From the IMG/VR virus record IMGVR_UViG_3300032136_000002, positions 1 to 64,000 of that record: DNA of 64,000 bases. One strand, 5' to 3'. The position numbers were made by a program, and so were the translations under genes. The notes beneath the pieces are model-generated. The model did no database searches. It was not told the origin of the DNA and was given only the letters and a program-made list of their open reading frames with translations. The stretch is from a virus. Of the stretch, positions 8,837 through 19,105 are shown one piece after another. Numbering within the stretch: the stretch's first letter is position 1; each line of letters starts with the position of its first letter.

Positions 8837-11800
8837 TCAGACGATGAGGGTGATGCGGATGCGGTTGGCCGGGTAGAAGACGTCGACCGTCACATCCATC
8901 AGAATGATGTCAGGGTTGGTATCATCCTGGAGGAGGTTGTTGAGGTCGGCCCCGTTCCAGACCCTCTTGTCCACCAGGTATTCCAGCGCCGACTGGCCCA
9001 CCGTTGCGAGAGTCTCGAGGTAGGTGTCGGTGATGTTGAACCGGCCGATGTAGAACCGCATCACGGCCCGGAGCAGCTTGGACCCGTAGTCGAGAGCATT
9101 GGTGATGCTCTGTTCCTGGGTCTCCAGCGAGCTCACGTCCGTGGTCAGCTGGTGGCGGCTCTTGAGGGGCGTACCCGCCCCTTCTTGGATGAGCCACTCG
9201 GCTCCACCGGCAGCCCCCTGGTTCATCAGGGAAGGCTTGTAGATGTCGTTCGAGCCCGTCACCCCGGTGAACCCCGTGATGGGGAACTCGGTGTAGGGTT
9301 GGGCTGGGCCGTTGCCGGCGAGCTGGCCGGCCTTGGCGGCCGAGGCGAAGAACCCCGGAACCAGTTGGGTCACACCGCTGACCGAGACCTGCACCTGGTC
9401 ACACTGCTGCATGCGCACCCGGCGGGAGGCGAAGCCTTGACCACGAGCAACGATGGTCTCGATCTCCGTGGTCTTCCCTGCGGTGGTGGAGGGGATGGCA
9501 GCGCCGCGGATGTTCACCGAGAAGGTGTCGCTGATGGCGGCCGGCAGGTTGCCCGTGGTGTAGAACTCGTCCGTGTTCTCGTCGGCGGCGAAGGTCGTGT
9601 TGATGGTGACCACCGTTCCGCTGATCGAGCCGATGTTGTAGTAGAGGTCGTCCGTCCCGATGTCGAGGAAGACATCGTCGTCGACCGTGATGGCGTTGGG
9701 GTCGATGCCCTCAGCCAGGAGGGCCTGGGTCAGCGTGGCCACCTTGGTGTCGAAGGTGGTCGTGGTCAACCGGTCCCCATCGGTCCCTGAAGCCACTACC
9801 GTGTTGCTCGCCCGAGTCGGCCGACCGAGCCAGCAGTACATCACCCGCTCGCCCTTCTGCTCTGGATCGCTCATCGAGAGCACGTGCGTCCGGCCTGCGC
9901 TCAGGATGTCAGAGTCGTCGGTCAGGAAGGCCAGGCCGTAGACGTCCTTGGCCTCCAGGAAGTCGAGGGCGCTCTGCCATGCCGTCGAGGTCCCGTAGGG
10001 GGCGTCTGCACTCGTGGCTCCGACACCGATGCCGTAGACGAAGTTCGTCCCCGCGTTCTGCAGTGCGAGGAAGAGGCCGTAGGCCAGGGGATTGTCCGGC
10101 GTGACGGGAGCCAACGCTGCCTCGAGCTCTGTCGAGTCACCGAAGGCCAAGAGAGCCGGGTTCTCAGCGTCGGCCGAGACGTCGAGACGCAGCGCCGTGT
10201 AGGCGTGGTACAGGTTCACCCCGGCGCTCAGGGTGACTGGGTCACCCGAGGTGTCGCGCAGGATGTCATGTTTGATCTCGATGTCCCCCTGGGTATTGAT
10301 GAAAAGGTCCGGCTTGGGCACGGTCACGCCGTACTGAGCCGAGTCCACCAAGTCCAGGTTCTTGGCCACGATGTACCAGGTCGACCAGGTGGCCGTCTCT
10401 GCTGACTCCTGAGAAAGCTTCATCTTCCCGACGGTGCCACCCGAATGAATCTGAGTGACGTCGCCAATCCACGTGCCGTCAGCGTAGACCGAGTCTCCGA
10501 GACGAACGGGGAAGCTTCCTCCAACATGTCTGCCAGCTTGCAGGTCAAAACCTAACGTGGCGAGTGAGGTTGAGTCCGCATCCACTACGATGACGCTTTC
10601 GCTGCCCATCGTTGGACTTAGGAGGTAGAGGTAGTTTGACGCGTCAAGGAATGCGAAGGTTCCTCCCCAAAGCGCATCGATCTGGTCAGTGATGCCGCCA
10701 ATGGGTTGGGAAGCATTCTGCTTCTCACCTCGGTTGACCTGCTTTGCTGTGGCAGCACCTAAGATTTCCGTGGCTGCTGTTCCGCCGGTCACCTCCACCT
10801 CAGTCCCGTAGACGATGGTGGGAGGAGCGCCGCCGAAGAAGAGGCCCAGGTAGTCACCACCGGCGTCAACGTCACCCCATTGACCCGCGGCGTAGGCGAC
10901 TACCGTGCCAGCTCCGATGACGGCAGCGACCTGGGTGTTGATGTCGCTGATGACCTCAGCCAGAGTGGCCACGGCCCCACCGAAGGTCACAGTGACCGCG
11001 GTGCCGTTGACGCTCATGATGAGCGTGTTGGACTGGATGTTGCCATAGGTCCAGCCCGTCGAGTCGACTGAGATGATGGGCTGGCCGACGAGGTCGAGCG
11101 TCTGGGCGTTCCCTCCGTCAAGAGAGACGATGAAAGTCTCACCGTGAATCTCGACGTCGGCTGAGAGGTCCACCGTGCCCACGGCGGTCTGGGCGGCCGT
11201 GGCCGCGGCGATGAGGCTCTCGCTCACGTTGACGAAGGGCGTTGTGGCGTCACCATCTCCATCGCTGACGACGGCGATGGTGGTGCCGTTGCGCAGGAAA
11301 CTCTCGCTGCGCAGGAACTCACGAACCTCAGTACCCAGGTCAACGAAGGCTCGGATGGAGTCCTCTTCGACGTCGAGCTCGTCCATGATGCCCCGGGGGT
11401 CGGGCAAGCTCGTCTGAGGCATGTAGGCTGCGTAGTTCGAGTAGGCCCCGATGCCGTAGTAGGTCCACCCTACCCGGCTGCCCCAGCCCAATGGCGAGAG
11501 CGCGGTGCCCCCCACCAGGCGGATGCTGGCGGTGGCGCCCGAGGCTGTGGTTCTAAGCTGGAGTCTCCAGTCTGGTGAAGCCACAGTACCCACGTTGACC
11601 GCGTAGGCCGTGAACCCGCTCGGGGCTACGGTGGCTCCGTTGATGGCGGCAGCGGCGGCGACTGCGGTGAAGGGGTCCGTTCCCGAGAAGCTGAAAGTCT
11701 GCTCCGGGCCTTCGGACACCGACACAGTCAGCGTCGTGCCGTCCAAGTTGTAGCTGGCCTGTGAATTCTCAGCGGTGGCAACTGCAGAAGCCGAGGTCAG

Positions 11801-11965
11801 CGCGTCACTATTGACCGTGCCGTCACTGTTGAGTACCTCGACAATCTGCTTGCACACCCCGATCACGCAGGGGGCCAGCGTGGGGGTTAGGATGGTCGGG
11901 CTGACTTGGCGAATCTCCTGGATAACCTCGACGCCCGGCCGCACAATCTCTGACGCTGCTGCCAT
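8837..11965 (-). CDS. contractile tail sheath protein
   Basis: N-terminal RPGVEVIQE...PCVIG; C-terminal VTVDVFYPANRIRITL typical of sheaths; 1042 aa. Confidence 0.85.
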   Translation of the reverse strand: MAAASEIVRPGVEVIQEIRQVSPTILTPTLAPCVIGVCKQIVEVLNSDGTVNSDALTSASAVATAENSQASYNLDGTTLTVSVSEGPEQTFSFSGTDPFTAVAAAAAINGATVAPSGFTAYAVNVGTVASPDWRLQLRTTASGATASIRLVGGTALSPLGWGSRVGWTYYGIGAYSNYAAYMPQTSLPDPRGIMDELDVEEDSIRAFVDLGTEVREFLRSESFLRNGTTIAVVSDGDGDATTPFVNVSESLIAAATAAQTAVGTVDLSADVEIHGETFIVSLDGGNAQTLDLVGQPIISVDSTGWTYGNIQSNTLIMSVNGTAVTVTFGGAVATLAEVISDINTQVAAVIGAGTVVAYAAGQWGDVDAGGDYLGLFFGGAPPTIVYGTEVEVTGGTAATEILGAATAKQVNRGEKQNASQPIGGITDQIDALWGGTFAFLDASNYLYLLSPTMGSESVIVVDADSTSLATLGFDLQAGRHVGGSFPVRLGDSVYADGTWIGDVTQIHSGGTVGKMKLSQESAETATWSTWYIVAKNLDLVDSAQYGVTVPKPDLFINTQGDIEIKHDILRDTSGDPVTLSAGVNLYHAYTALRLDVSADAENPALLAFGDSTELEAALAPVTPDNPLAYGLFLALQNAGTNFVYGIGVGATSADAPYGTSTAWQSALDFLEAKDVYGLAFLTDDSDILSAGRTHVLSMSDPEQKGERVMYCWLGRPTRASNTVVASGTDGDRLTTTTFDTKVATLTQALLAEGIDPNAITVDDDVFLDIGTDDLYYNIGSISGTVVTINTTFAADENTDEFYTTGNLPAAISDTFSVNIRGAAIPSTTAGKTTEIETIVARGQGFASRRVRMQQCDQVQVSVSGVTQLVPGFFASAAKAGQLAGNGPAQPYTEFPITGFTGVTGSNDIYKPSLMNQGAAGGAEWLIQEGAGTPLKSRHQLTTDVSSLETQEQSITNALDYGSKLLRAVMRFYIGRFNITDTYLETLATVGQSALEYLVDKRVWNGADLNNLLQDDTNPDIILMDVTVDVFYPANRIRITLIV

Positions 11966-11978
11966 GGTCTCCTCTCCC

Positions 11979-12803
11979 TTACGTCCTGATCTTGAGGGTC
12001 AGTGGCTGACTGTCGGGAACCCTCTCCAGGGCCTCAACTGCGAGGGGCCGGCCGCCCAACGACGGCGGCTTGAGCGACCCTGACAGTTTGGGTCCTGTGC
12101 GAGCTCCCAATGCTGAGCCGCGCATACCCGGTCCCGGCGATCCGTCCAAAGCTGCAGCTGTCACCCGCCGAGCACCAAACCCAGCGGTCTGCATCTGCAC
12201 CTCAATCGCCTCTGCCTTCCGTAACTCTTGCTGTGTAATGGTATCTTGCCATTGAAAGTAGAAAGGCACCACTACCGGTACGTTATAGGCCTCGCCCTCT
12301 ACGGCGCCCTGAATGAGGGCTCCGGGGGGACTGGCTGACATCAACTGAATGCGTTGGCCGAAGTCGTGGAACCCACTCTTCAGCATGATGCGCCGCAGAA
12401 TCCAACAGTGCCTGGCTAGAATCCAAGCCAGGTACTCAGCGGTGTTCTTGTGCCGACCCACGCAGTTGTACGTGGCGTTGCCTGAGAGCAGGTCGGTGTG
12501 CTTGCGCTCACCGGTGGCCATGTTCATCGACTGCATCTGATCCATAGCTGCGCCGGCGAAGGCCATGGGCGAACGGATGAAGACTATAGCTGGGCGGTGA
12601 CCCACCATCTCGCTCTCGAGGGGAGCCTTGTCTGTGATGAGGACCTCGGTCTGAGTCTCGTCCGCATCCCAGAAGAAGCACCCCTCACCCCGGGGGGCCT
12701 GGGCGAAGAGGCTCTGCGCGAAGGAGAGGCACAGTCGAGTCACGTGGAGGAGTGGGTTCTCTCCCCAGCTGCTGACAGTGTCTCCATCGAGCAAGGTGCT
12801 CAT
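11979..12803 (-). CDS. putative tail terminator/neck protein
   Basis: Position between head-closure and sheath genes; RPAIVF motif. Confidence 0.5.
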   Translation of the reverse strand: MSTLLDGDTVSSWGENPLLHVTRLCLSFAQSLFAQAPRGEGCFFWDADETQTEVLITDKAPLESEMVGHRPAIVFIRSPMAFAGAAMDQMQSMNMATGERKHTDLLSGNATYNCVGRHKNTAEYLAWILARHCWILRRIMLKSGFHDFGQRIQLMSASPPGALIQGAVEGEAYNVPVVVPFYFQWQDTITQQELRKAEAIEVQMQTAGFGARRVTAAALDGSPGPGMRGSALGARTGPKLSGSLKPPSLGGRPLAVEALERVPDSQPLTLKIRT

Positions 12804-13126
12804 GCGGGACCTCTCAGTTGCCGGCCCTTCTCTTCGGCCTCGTCCATCACCTGCTGCCGGCCCTTATGCATGGCCTTTCCAGCGAGATAGGTCCCCAAGG
12901 CCACAACTGTGGGCAGGCCCGCTTTGCCCGCCCGGCTCGCCAGAGCTTTCACCCCTTGAGGTCCATACTTTTTCTCGAGGGCGATGCGGCCCAGGCCGCC
13001 GACGAGGTGAGCCGCGCCCGCGGCGGCCCCCGCCGTCCCGATGAGCTTAGCCTCTTGCTTCAAGCGCGCTTTGGTCGCCTCGTCCAAGGCCACCTTGATC
13101 AACTCGTCACAAAAATAGAGGTTCAT
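12800..13126 (-). CDS. small K-x-A motif internal protein
   Basis: N-terminal FCDELIKVA; Gly/Ala-rich helices. Confidence 0.65.
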   Translation of the reverse strand: MNLYFCDELIKVALDEATKARLKQEAKLIGTAGAAAGAAHLVGGLGRIALEKKYGPQGVKALASRAGKAGLPTVVALGTYLAGKAMHKGRQQVMDEAEEKGRQLRGPA

Positions 13127-13395
13127 CTAATTTTGCGCGCTGGAGACCCCCGGCTTTAGCCGGGGGAGGAAAGCGCGCCCTCCTTTTGGGTTGCAAAGCG
13201 CTTCGCTCGTGATAGAACGCTGCTGGGGGCCGGGCGGGCCCCAGCAGCACGCGGAGAGACGGTAAGACATCGGCGAGGCTTCCCCTCGACGCTGCGCGTC
13301 TCGGTGAAACGTGAACCATCTTGATAGGTTGTGACTAATAACCAAAGTTGCTTCCTTTCAAGAATCCCTCGCCTTTAGGCGAGGGAGGACGTCAA
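13127..13395 (+). mobile_element. 269-bp non-autonomous IS200/IS605 omegaRNA element, copy 2
   Basis: Near-identical to 155-423; preceded by TCAT; ends TCAA. Confidence 0.9.
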
Positions 13396-14288
13396 CCGTC
13401 GCCCCTCTCGTAGCCGTTGATGGCTCGCTCAGCGAGATAGCCCTCAGTGGTCTCGGTGTGCCCCTCAAGATTGTGCGGGTTGGTGAACTCCCGCTCGGGC
13501 GCCGGCTCGTAGGTCTTGAGGTCGCTCAGGTCGATGGGGAGCTTCCACTCGATGTCCTGCCGCGGGATGTGATGCAGGACGAGCTCATAGTGGAGCGGGA
13601 AGCGGAGGCGTTGGGTCGACGAGACCCGCTGCACCCTCCATCGCCGGTTCTCGAACTCGACGAGCATGTCGAGGGGCTTGATGGGGAACTCAGCTACGCA
13701 CCGAGCAGTTGCGTTCTCCTGCTGAGTCTTCTGGATGTCCATCAGCTCGACGTGCTTGGGCGTCGGGTCAATCTGGACGCGCAGCTCAATCGGATCGAGG
13801 AACCCTCGGACGTAAGTCGTGTCGTAGCAGGTCACGCACCCGCTCTTGACCTGCTGCCCCGTCACGTAGTCGTAGCACGAGGGGCAGCGCTGGCCGAAGG
13901 TGCGCCTGGGAAAGAGGAAGGCCCGCCGGCCAATGTGCTCTCGGAAGAGGATGTGCTCGAGCCGCCGCACTTCGAGGGCGATCAAGTCAGGCGTTGGGCC
14001 CTTGGCCGCCGTCGAGCTGTACGTGGTCTCGCTGTCGCTGACTCGCCGCACCTTGATGCGGTAGTGGAGCTCGGCGTAGAGGTCCCACCTCGGGACTTGC
14101 ACGTCCCGGAAGTAGTACTTGTCCGTGAACTCCTCAGTGACCGGGTCGAAGGGGCCCAGGGGACTCTGGCTCCGCTCCACGGTGAAGCGGTAGTCCCACA
14201 CGTCCTCCCTCGTTGGCTCAATCTCCCAGGAGACGTCCAGGTAGTCCAGTGACAGGCTGGTCACCCGCAGGTTGGTGACCGTGAGCAC
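13392..14288 (-). CDS. putative head-closure/neck protein (FN3-like N-terminus, Zn-binding insert)
   Basis: LDVSWE..YRF.VERS..YRIKV FN3-like pattern; CPSC/CVTC; ENRRWRVQRV head-closure-like segment; stop codon supplied by the element end. Confidence 0.6.
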   Translation of the reverse strand: MLTVTNLRVTSLSLDYLDVSWEIEPTREDVWDYRFTVERSQSPLGPFDPVTEEFTDKYYFRDVQVPRWDLYAELHYRIKVRRVSDSETTYSSTAAKGPTPDLIALEVRRLEHILFREHIGRRAFLFPRRTFGQRCPSCYDYVTGQQVKSGCVTCYDTTYVRGFLDPIELRVQIDPTPKHVELMDIQKTQQENATARCVAEFPIKPLDMLVEFENRRWRVQRVSSTQRLRFPLHYELVLHHIPRQDIEWKLPIDLSDLKTYEPAPEREFTNPHNLEGHTETTEGYLAERAINGYERGDG

Positions 14289-16361
14289 CTACTTGGCTCC
14301 TCGTCTCCCGAGTCGGGAGAACACAGGGGCGGTCAAAGGAGCGAGTCCTTTGGTCCGCCGACGCAGGACCTTACTCACCCTACTCGTGCCCAGTACTGAA
14401 GAGAGTCGCTCTCTCGCTCCTGACTCACTGGCGAACTTCGCCAACCGAGGGTGGAGCTCGGCCGACCCCTGTTTGGCGGTCATGGCCTCCACGGCCTCCG
14501 GCCCCTTGGCCCCGCCTATGAACCCACCTATGACGCCGGGGAGATGAGAGTAGGCTCCGAGTGCTTGAGCTCGAGCCCTATCCATTACCATTTCCCGCTG
14601 TCCTCCCATCGCCGCAAGTTGCTCTGGGCTGAAGGCCTGACCGGTTTGAGGGTGGAACTGAGGCACGGGGCCTACGCCGGCCGCGGCCCGGTTTTGAGCT
14701 TTGACTGAGACCACCCCACCGATGCCGCCAGCTGCGGCCCCGACGGCCGCGCCCATGACGGCACCCTTGGCCGCCTCACGGATGGCGTTGGCCCGCCGAG
14801 CCTCCGCCTCCATCTCTTGCGTCTTCCCGTAGGTCGTTACTCCGCGGCTGAGGCCGCCACCGACTGCACCGATGATGGCACCCTTGGCCGCGCCGTAGCC
14901 GGCCCTCTGAAGGGCACTTAACGGGGCAGCCTGTTTACCCAGGCCAATGTCTTGCATACGTCGGGCGATCTCTTGTCCACCCATGCCTACAGCGTATTCT
15001 TCGCTGCCCTTGGCCGGCCCTCCAGAGGGAACGGTCATCTCTCGTCGGCGGCTGACGGTGACGTCCCCATCGCTAGGGTTTTCGGATAGTGACCTGAAGA
15101 GCTGGCTGAGCTCATCGGTGGACAGTCCTTTGAGCTGGTCGGCCAGCTCATCGACAGAGGCGTCGGCCATCTCACCATCCATGGCCACCTTGCGTAGCCA
15201 GGTTGTAGAGGATGAGGGTTGCCACATGGCGGCTTGCTTCTCTTTGAGGTCTGCATCTTCCTTCTTACCGAGCTCAGGGGTGGCCTCAGGTTCGAGTTGT
15301 TCCGCGTCGACAGCGCTCTCCAGCTTCGAGCTCTCTTCGGTCAGCCGCTTGATAGCGGGCCGGACTCGGCCGACGGCCGGAAGCTTCACTGCTGAAGCGC
15401 CGGCCAGCACGCTTTGCTTGCGAGGCTTGGGGTACTGGCTCATGGGGAGTTGAACAGTCGTGGACCCCGCGGCCAGCTTCTCCGAGCTCGTCTTGGGCAG
15501 CGCCCCGCCGGCGGGAGTCGGCACCTGCGGGGCACCCGCTATGGGACTACCAGGTCCAGGGGAAGCCATCTCTTCGCCGCCGGGGGCGGCCGGAGCTGGA
15601 GCCGCTTGTTGGGCGGCTTGCATCTCACCACCTACTGCTTCCTGCTCTTCGGCTAAGCCGGCCTGAGCCTGCTGTTGCTCGGCCTCGAGCTGGGCCTTCT
15701 GGGCCTCTTCTTGCTCTTTGCGCACTTTGGCCGGCGCCAGGGGGTCAGGCTCGACGAGGGGTGGACCCGCAGCCTCCATGGGTGGTGGGCCAGCGGCCTG
15801 ACCTCGAAGGTCGGCCAAACCCTGGGCCATCATCTCGAGCTGGCCCTTCATGTCCGTGGCCGCCTGGGCTAACTGCTCCCGCTGCTCCATGGACTGAACG
15901 CGCTCTGAGAGGCTGGCCTGTTGAGCGTTGACCGCCTGCTCTTGAGCCTGGGCCTTCTCTTGGGCCTGCATCTCAATCTCAGCCTGCATTTGCTCTTGCG
16001 CCTGTTGGGCCTGCATGAGCTGTTGCTGGGCCATCTGCTCCTGCTGAGCCACCATAGCGAGCTGGGCCTGAGAGGCTTGAAGCTGCTCGGCGAGCTCAGC
16101 GTTCTCCGCCTTGGCCTGCTCGAACTCAAGGGCCGCTGCCACGCTAGGGTCAATCAGCGCTCGACGCTCAATCTCAGGCAGCGCTTCAACGCCACGACTC
16201 ATACTGATGGCGGCGATCTTGAGCTGACCAGCCTGCACCTGAGGCGTGCGGACAGGGGGAGGACCGGGGACCGTGGGCCGCTGAAGGTCGACCAGGAACT
16301 CGGCTGCCTTCTCGAACGGAATCTCACCAGAACCGGTGAGCCAATCATCGAGCCTCGACAT
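14289..16361 (-). CDS. large coiled-coil K-x-A motif internal/ejection protein
   Basis: Q/A/E-rich coiled coil, several KxA motifs, C-terminal glycine-zipper helices. Confidence 0.6.
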   Translation of the reverse strand: MSRLDDWLTGSGEIPFEKAAEFLVDLQRPTVPGPPPVRTPQVQAGQLKIAAISMSRGVEALPEIERRALIDPSVAAALEFEQAKAENAELAEQLQASQAQLAMVAQQEQMAQQQLMQAQQAQEQMQAEIEMQAQEKAQAQEQAVNAQQASLSERVQSMEQREQLAQAATDMKGQLEMMAQGLADLRGQAAGPPPMEAAGPPLVEPDPLAPAKVRKEQEEAQKAQLEAEQQQAQAGLAEEQEAVGGEMQAAQQAAPAPAAPGGEEMASPGPGSPIAGAPQVPTPAGGALPKTSSEKLAAGSTTVQLPMSQYPKPRKQSVLAGASAVKLPAVGRVRPAIKRLTEESSKLESAVDAEQLEPEATPELGKKEDADLKEKQAAMWQPSSSTTWLRKVAMDGEMADASVDELADQLKGLSTDELSQLFRSLSENPSDGDVTVSRRREMTVPSGGPAKGSEEYAVGMGGQEIARRMQDIGLGKQAAPLSALQRAGYGAAKGAIIGAVGGGLSRGVTTYGKTQEMEAEARRANAIREAAKGAVMGAAVGAAAGGIGGVVSVKAQNRAAAGVGPVPQFHPQTGQAFSPEQLAAMGGQREMVMDRARAQALGAYSHLPGVIGGFIGGAKGPEAVEAMTAKQGSAELHPRLAKFASESGARERLSSVLGTSRVSKVLRRRTKGLAPLTAPVFSRLGRRGAK

Positions 16362-16376
16362 CTTGATCTCCTTCCC

Positions 16377-16841
16377 CTACCGGTACAACGTCACGTGCCA
16401 GGCATTGGTGATGCCGTTGTGGTCGATGCTTTGAACCTCACTGCTGGCCACCGGTACCTGGACGGTGTGAGCTGTCGTCGAGAATCCGAGCAGCGCGTTC
16501 GCCGTCCCTGTCGATTTCACGGTGAATGCCCCATCACGAACCAAGAGAAAGCGACGGTCGACGCCGCGGCCTTGATGGTCAGACAAGTTGAGGCTGTAGG
16601 GCTGAGCAACTCCAGCGACAGAGGCGTTGATCTTGGCCACAATCTCATCCACCGTCCACGCCCGGCTCTTGGCCGGAGTGAAGGTCGTGACGACGTCACC
16701 ACCTCCGATGTCGACGATGAAGGTGAGCCCATCGACTTCAGCCCCTTCAGCCAAGTTCGTGGTTCCGATCAGCGCGCCATTGAGGAAGTTGATCATCTGC
16801 AGCTGATCGATACTGAATATGTGCCGCTCCCAGAGAGCCAT
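16377..16841 (-). CDS. putative virion structural protein
   Basis: In the head operon; TANALLGF motif similar to sheath insert domains. Confidence 0.55.
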   Translation of the reverse strand: MALWERHIFSIDQLQMINFLNGALIGTTNLAEGAEVDGLTFIVDIGGGDVVTTFTPAKSRAWTVDEIVAKINASVAGVAQPYSLNLSDHQGRGVDRRFLLVRDGAFTVKSTGTANALLGFSTTAHTVQVPVASSEVQSIDHNGITNAWHVTLYR

Positions 16842-16849
16842 GAGTCCTC

Positions 16850-17377
16850 CTAGCGCGTCAGATCAATATGATAGTACCCGCTTAGCGCGAAGTACTCCGA
16901 GTGAGTTCCACTGCCTGTGCCGAAAAAGTTTTCGATGTTCCACGCAACCTTTACCCGGTCTCGCCCCATCTCCCATTGACGCTGGAAGATGCTTATCCAG
17001 CTCTGGAGCAAAGGGGTCTTGTCTGAGACGGCCACGTTGAGCCCCCCGTCTGAAAAGGGGAGGTGATTGCGCGTCTGCAAAAGCCCCACGCTGATGAGAG
17101 TGTTCAGGATGGTGCCCTTGCGTAGGAGCGAGGCTTGGCCGCGGGCCATCAGGTCGCTAAAGGTGTACAGGCCCGTGTTAGGCGGCGTGCCATTGAAGTC
17201 CTCAATGGCATCGATGGCCGCCCAGGCCAACTGCCGCTCACTCGACTCCTCTCCCGCCACCAGCCGGTTCAACTCGGGGTAGTCCCGAATGTACATCCGG
17301 ACGGAGTAGATGAACTGGGAGAAGCCGTGGCTTGCCCCCGGGATGTTCGTCGGCACCGGCAGACCCTGAAGCGACAT
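16850..17377 (-). CDS. putative head-tail adaptor (neck 1)
   Basis: Helical protein two genes after the MCP; FSDGGLNVAV beta-hairpin typical of adaptors. Confidence 0.55.
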   Translation of the reverse strand: MSLQGLPVPTNIPGASHGFSQFIYSVRMYIRDYPELNRLVAGEESSERQLAWAAIDAIEDFNGTPPNTGLYTFSDLMARGQASLLRKGTILNTLISVGLLQTRNHLPFSDGGLNVAVSDKTPLLQSWISIFQRQWEMGRDRVKVAWNIENFFGTGSGTHSEYFALSGYYHIDLTR

Positions 17378-17857
17378 TTACTTCCCTTCCTCGACGGCCA
17401 GAGCATAGGCCTCTTCCTGGAGCTGCTTCTTCGAGTAGAGGGCCAGGTCTTCTTCCGTAACGCCTTGGCCAGCCAGGTGCTTGATGAGCTCGGCCTTGGT
17501 CATCTTGTCGATAGGCTTGGCCACGGGCTTATCCTCGACCGCGGGCTCAGGCTCAGGCGCAACCACCGTCTCGGGTGGTGGCGGCGGGGGAACAGGCGCG
17601 TCAGCCTCGGCGAAGGAGTAGTCCTTGCCCATCGGGCCGCCAACCTGAACTTTGATGACCTTGGCCCCGGCCAACCGCTCAAACTCCTTGAGGTACTTCT
17701 GGAACATGGGGGCCGATACGGCCATGGGCCGGCCCCGTTGAAGCCTGAGCTTGCCATCACAAAGGAACATGGAACGACGAGGCCGGTCGGCCAACGTGAT
17801 GCGGCTCCCACCCAACCATTCCCGCCCTGCAATCAGAGTCACCCAGTAGTTGTCCAT
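17378..17857 (-). CDS. hypothetical protein with C-terminal HeH/Rho-N-like helices
   Basis: MTKAELIKHLAGQGV...SKKQL; genes like this often follow MCPs. Confidence 0.5.
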   Translation of the reverse strand: MDNYWVTLIAGREWLGGSRITLADRPRRSMFLCDGKLRLQRGRPMAVSAPMFQKYLKEFERLAGAKVIKVQVGGPMGKDYSFAEADAPVPPPPPPETVVAPEPEPAVEDKPVAKPIDKMTKAELIKHLAGQGVTEEDLALYSKKQLQEEAYALAVEEGK

Positions 17858-17887
17858 GGTCTCCTCGCTTCAATTTTGGAAGAGAAG

Positions 17888-17942
17888 AAAAAGGGCGCGG
17901 CCATCGTGATCTCGTAGCCGGGTCACAACGCCGCGCCCTTTT
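17888..17942 (-). terminator. terminator downstream of the major capsid gene
   Basis: AAAAGGGCGCGGC/GCCGCGCCCTTTT stem followed by a U-rich tract on the minus strand. Confidence 0.7.
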
Positions 17943-17976
17943 GGCCCCTCCCTCAACTGCCCGAAGGCAGATGAAC

Positions 17977-19095
17977 TCAGTAGCTGTCCACCGACGGGAA
18001 GGTCAGTCCATCGTCGGCCCGGTGGTTCGGGGCGCCGAGGTCCTTGACCTCCTTCGGGCTCACGTCAGCCAGGATACCGTCGGCATCGTTGGACGTGGCG
18101 TCACCGGAGTAGAGCTCCAGCTTGCGCACGGCCGCGATGTTGGCGATGACCATGGCGATGTCTTCCCAGGCCTGGAACGTAATCAAGTTCGCGATCTTGT
18201 CGATGTAGAACTGGACGTTGTTCAGGACGAAGAAGCAGCCCAAGTAGTCCGGGTCCGTGAAGACGTACACGTTGCCGGGTCGGAGGATGTCGGTCTTGAC
18301 CGTCCGGACGAAGCTGAAGCCCATGACCATCTGGTACTTGTAGCCGTCGACCGTGGTCTCGCTCTGGACCTTGTCGCCCATGTCCTCGACCGTCCACTGG
18401 TGGAGGTCCAGGAACTCGCCCTCGGTGAAGAGGAACTTGCGCGGGCGCAGCCGGTTGTTGGCCAAGAGCTTGGCCAAGTTGGTCAGGTCCGGCTTCTGGA
18501 GCGGATAGACCGTGGCGTCGTCAGTGGCGGCCTGACGAGCGATGGAGCCCTTGCGCACAGAGGCCTCAACCGTGGTGCCGATGGCCGACGCGTTGAGCGT
18601 GGTCACGGAGCCACCGTTGGCCTCTTGCTGCACGGCTTGAACTGCCGCCTCGATGTGGATGGTCCACTCGCGGTCTTCAATCTCCTGGATGTCTTTGAGG
18701 CTGTTGTCCTCAATCCACTTGGTGATGGAGACGTCGTAGGCGTACAGCTCCTGGGTGAACTTCTCGAACTTCTCACTCGAGATGGTGTAGAACGGCACCT
18801 CGATGCGAGGAGCGCGGATGATGCGGGCGTCGGGCTGACCACGGAAGGTCAACGGCATGGCCCGGCTCTCGGGCTCGAGCGTGATGAGTTTCGTCACGGT
18901 GTCGTAGTTGACCGAGGGACGGACGTCCGCCTTGGTCACGGGCTCGGGCGGAACGAAGTTCCGAGCGTAGGACACCTCGCGCAGCCGGTCCCGGATCATT
19001 TTGCCGGTCAGCTGAGCGATCTTGTTTTTGCCCTCCGGCGTATCGAGCCGGGAGGCGAACAGGTCATTGATCAAGCTATAGTCTGTGCCTGACAT
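17977..19095 (-). CDS. major capsid protein (HK97 fold)
   Basis: 372 aa; follows protease, scaffold and decoration genes; IRDRLRE..., DIQEIEDRE spine helix; very high GC3; followed by a terminator. Confidence 0.8.
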   Translation of the reverse strand: MSGTDYSLINDLFASRLDTPEGKNKIAQLTGKMIRDRLREVSYARNFVPPEPVTKADVRPSVNYDTVTKLITLEPESRAMPLTFRGQPDARIIRAPRIEVPFYTISSEKFEKFTQELYAYDVSITKWIEDNSLKDIQEIEDREWTIHIEAAVQAVQQEANGGSVTTLNASAIGTTVEASVRKGSIARQAATDDATVYPLQKPDLTNLAKLLANNRLRPRKFLFTEGEFLDLHQWTVEDMGDKVQSETTVDGYKYQMVMGFSFVRTVKTDILRPGNVYVFTDPDYLGCFFVLNNVQFYIDKIANLITFQAWEDIAMVIANIAAVRKLELYSGDATSNDADGILADVSPKEVKDLGAPNHRADDGLTFPSVDSY

Positions 19096-19105
19096 GGTTC
19101 CCTCC

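Noticed and set aside
8240-9790. 516-aa plus-strand ORF and similar long antisense ORFs (e.g. 17941-19092, 35102-36436, 37815-39116)
   Set aside because: Shadows of high-GC3 genes on the opposite strand; no motifs or RBS.
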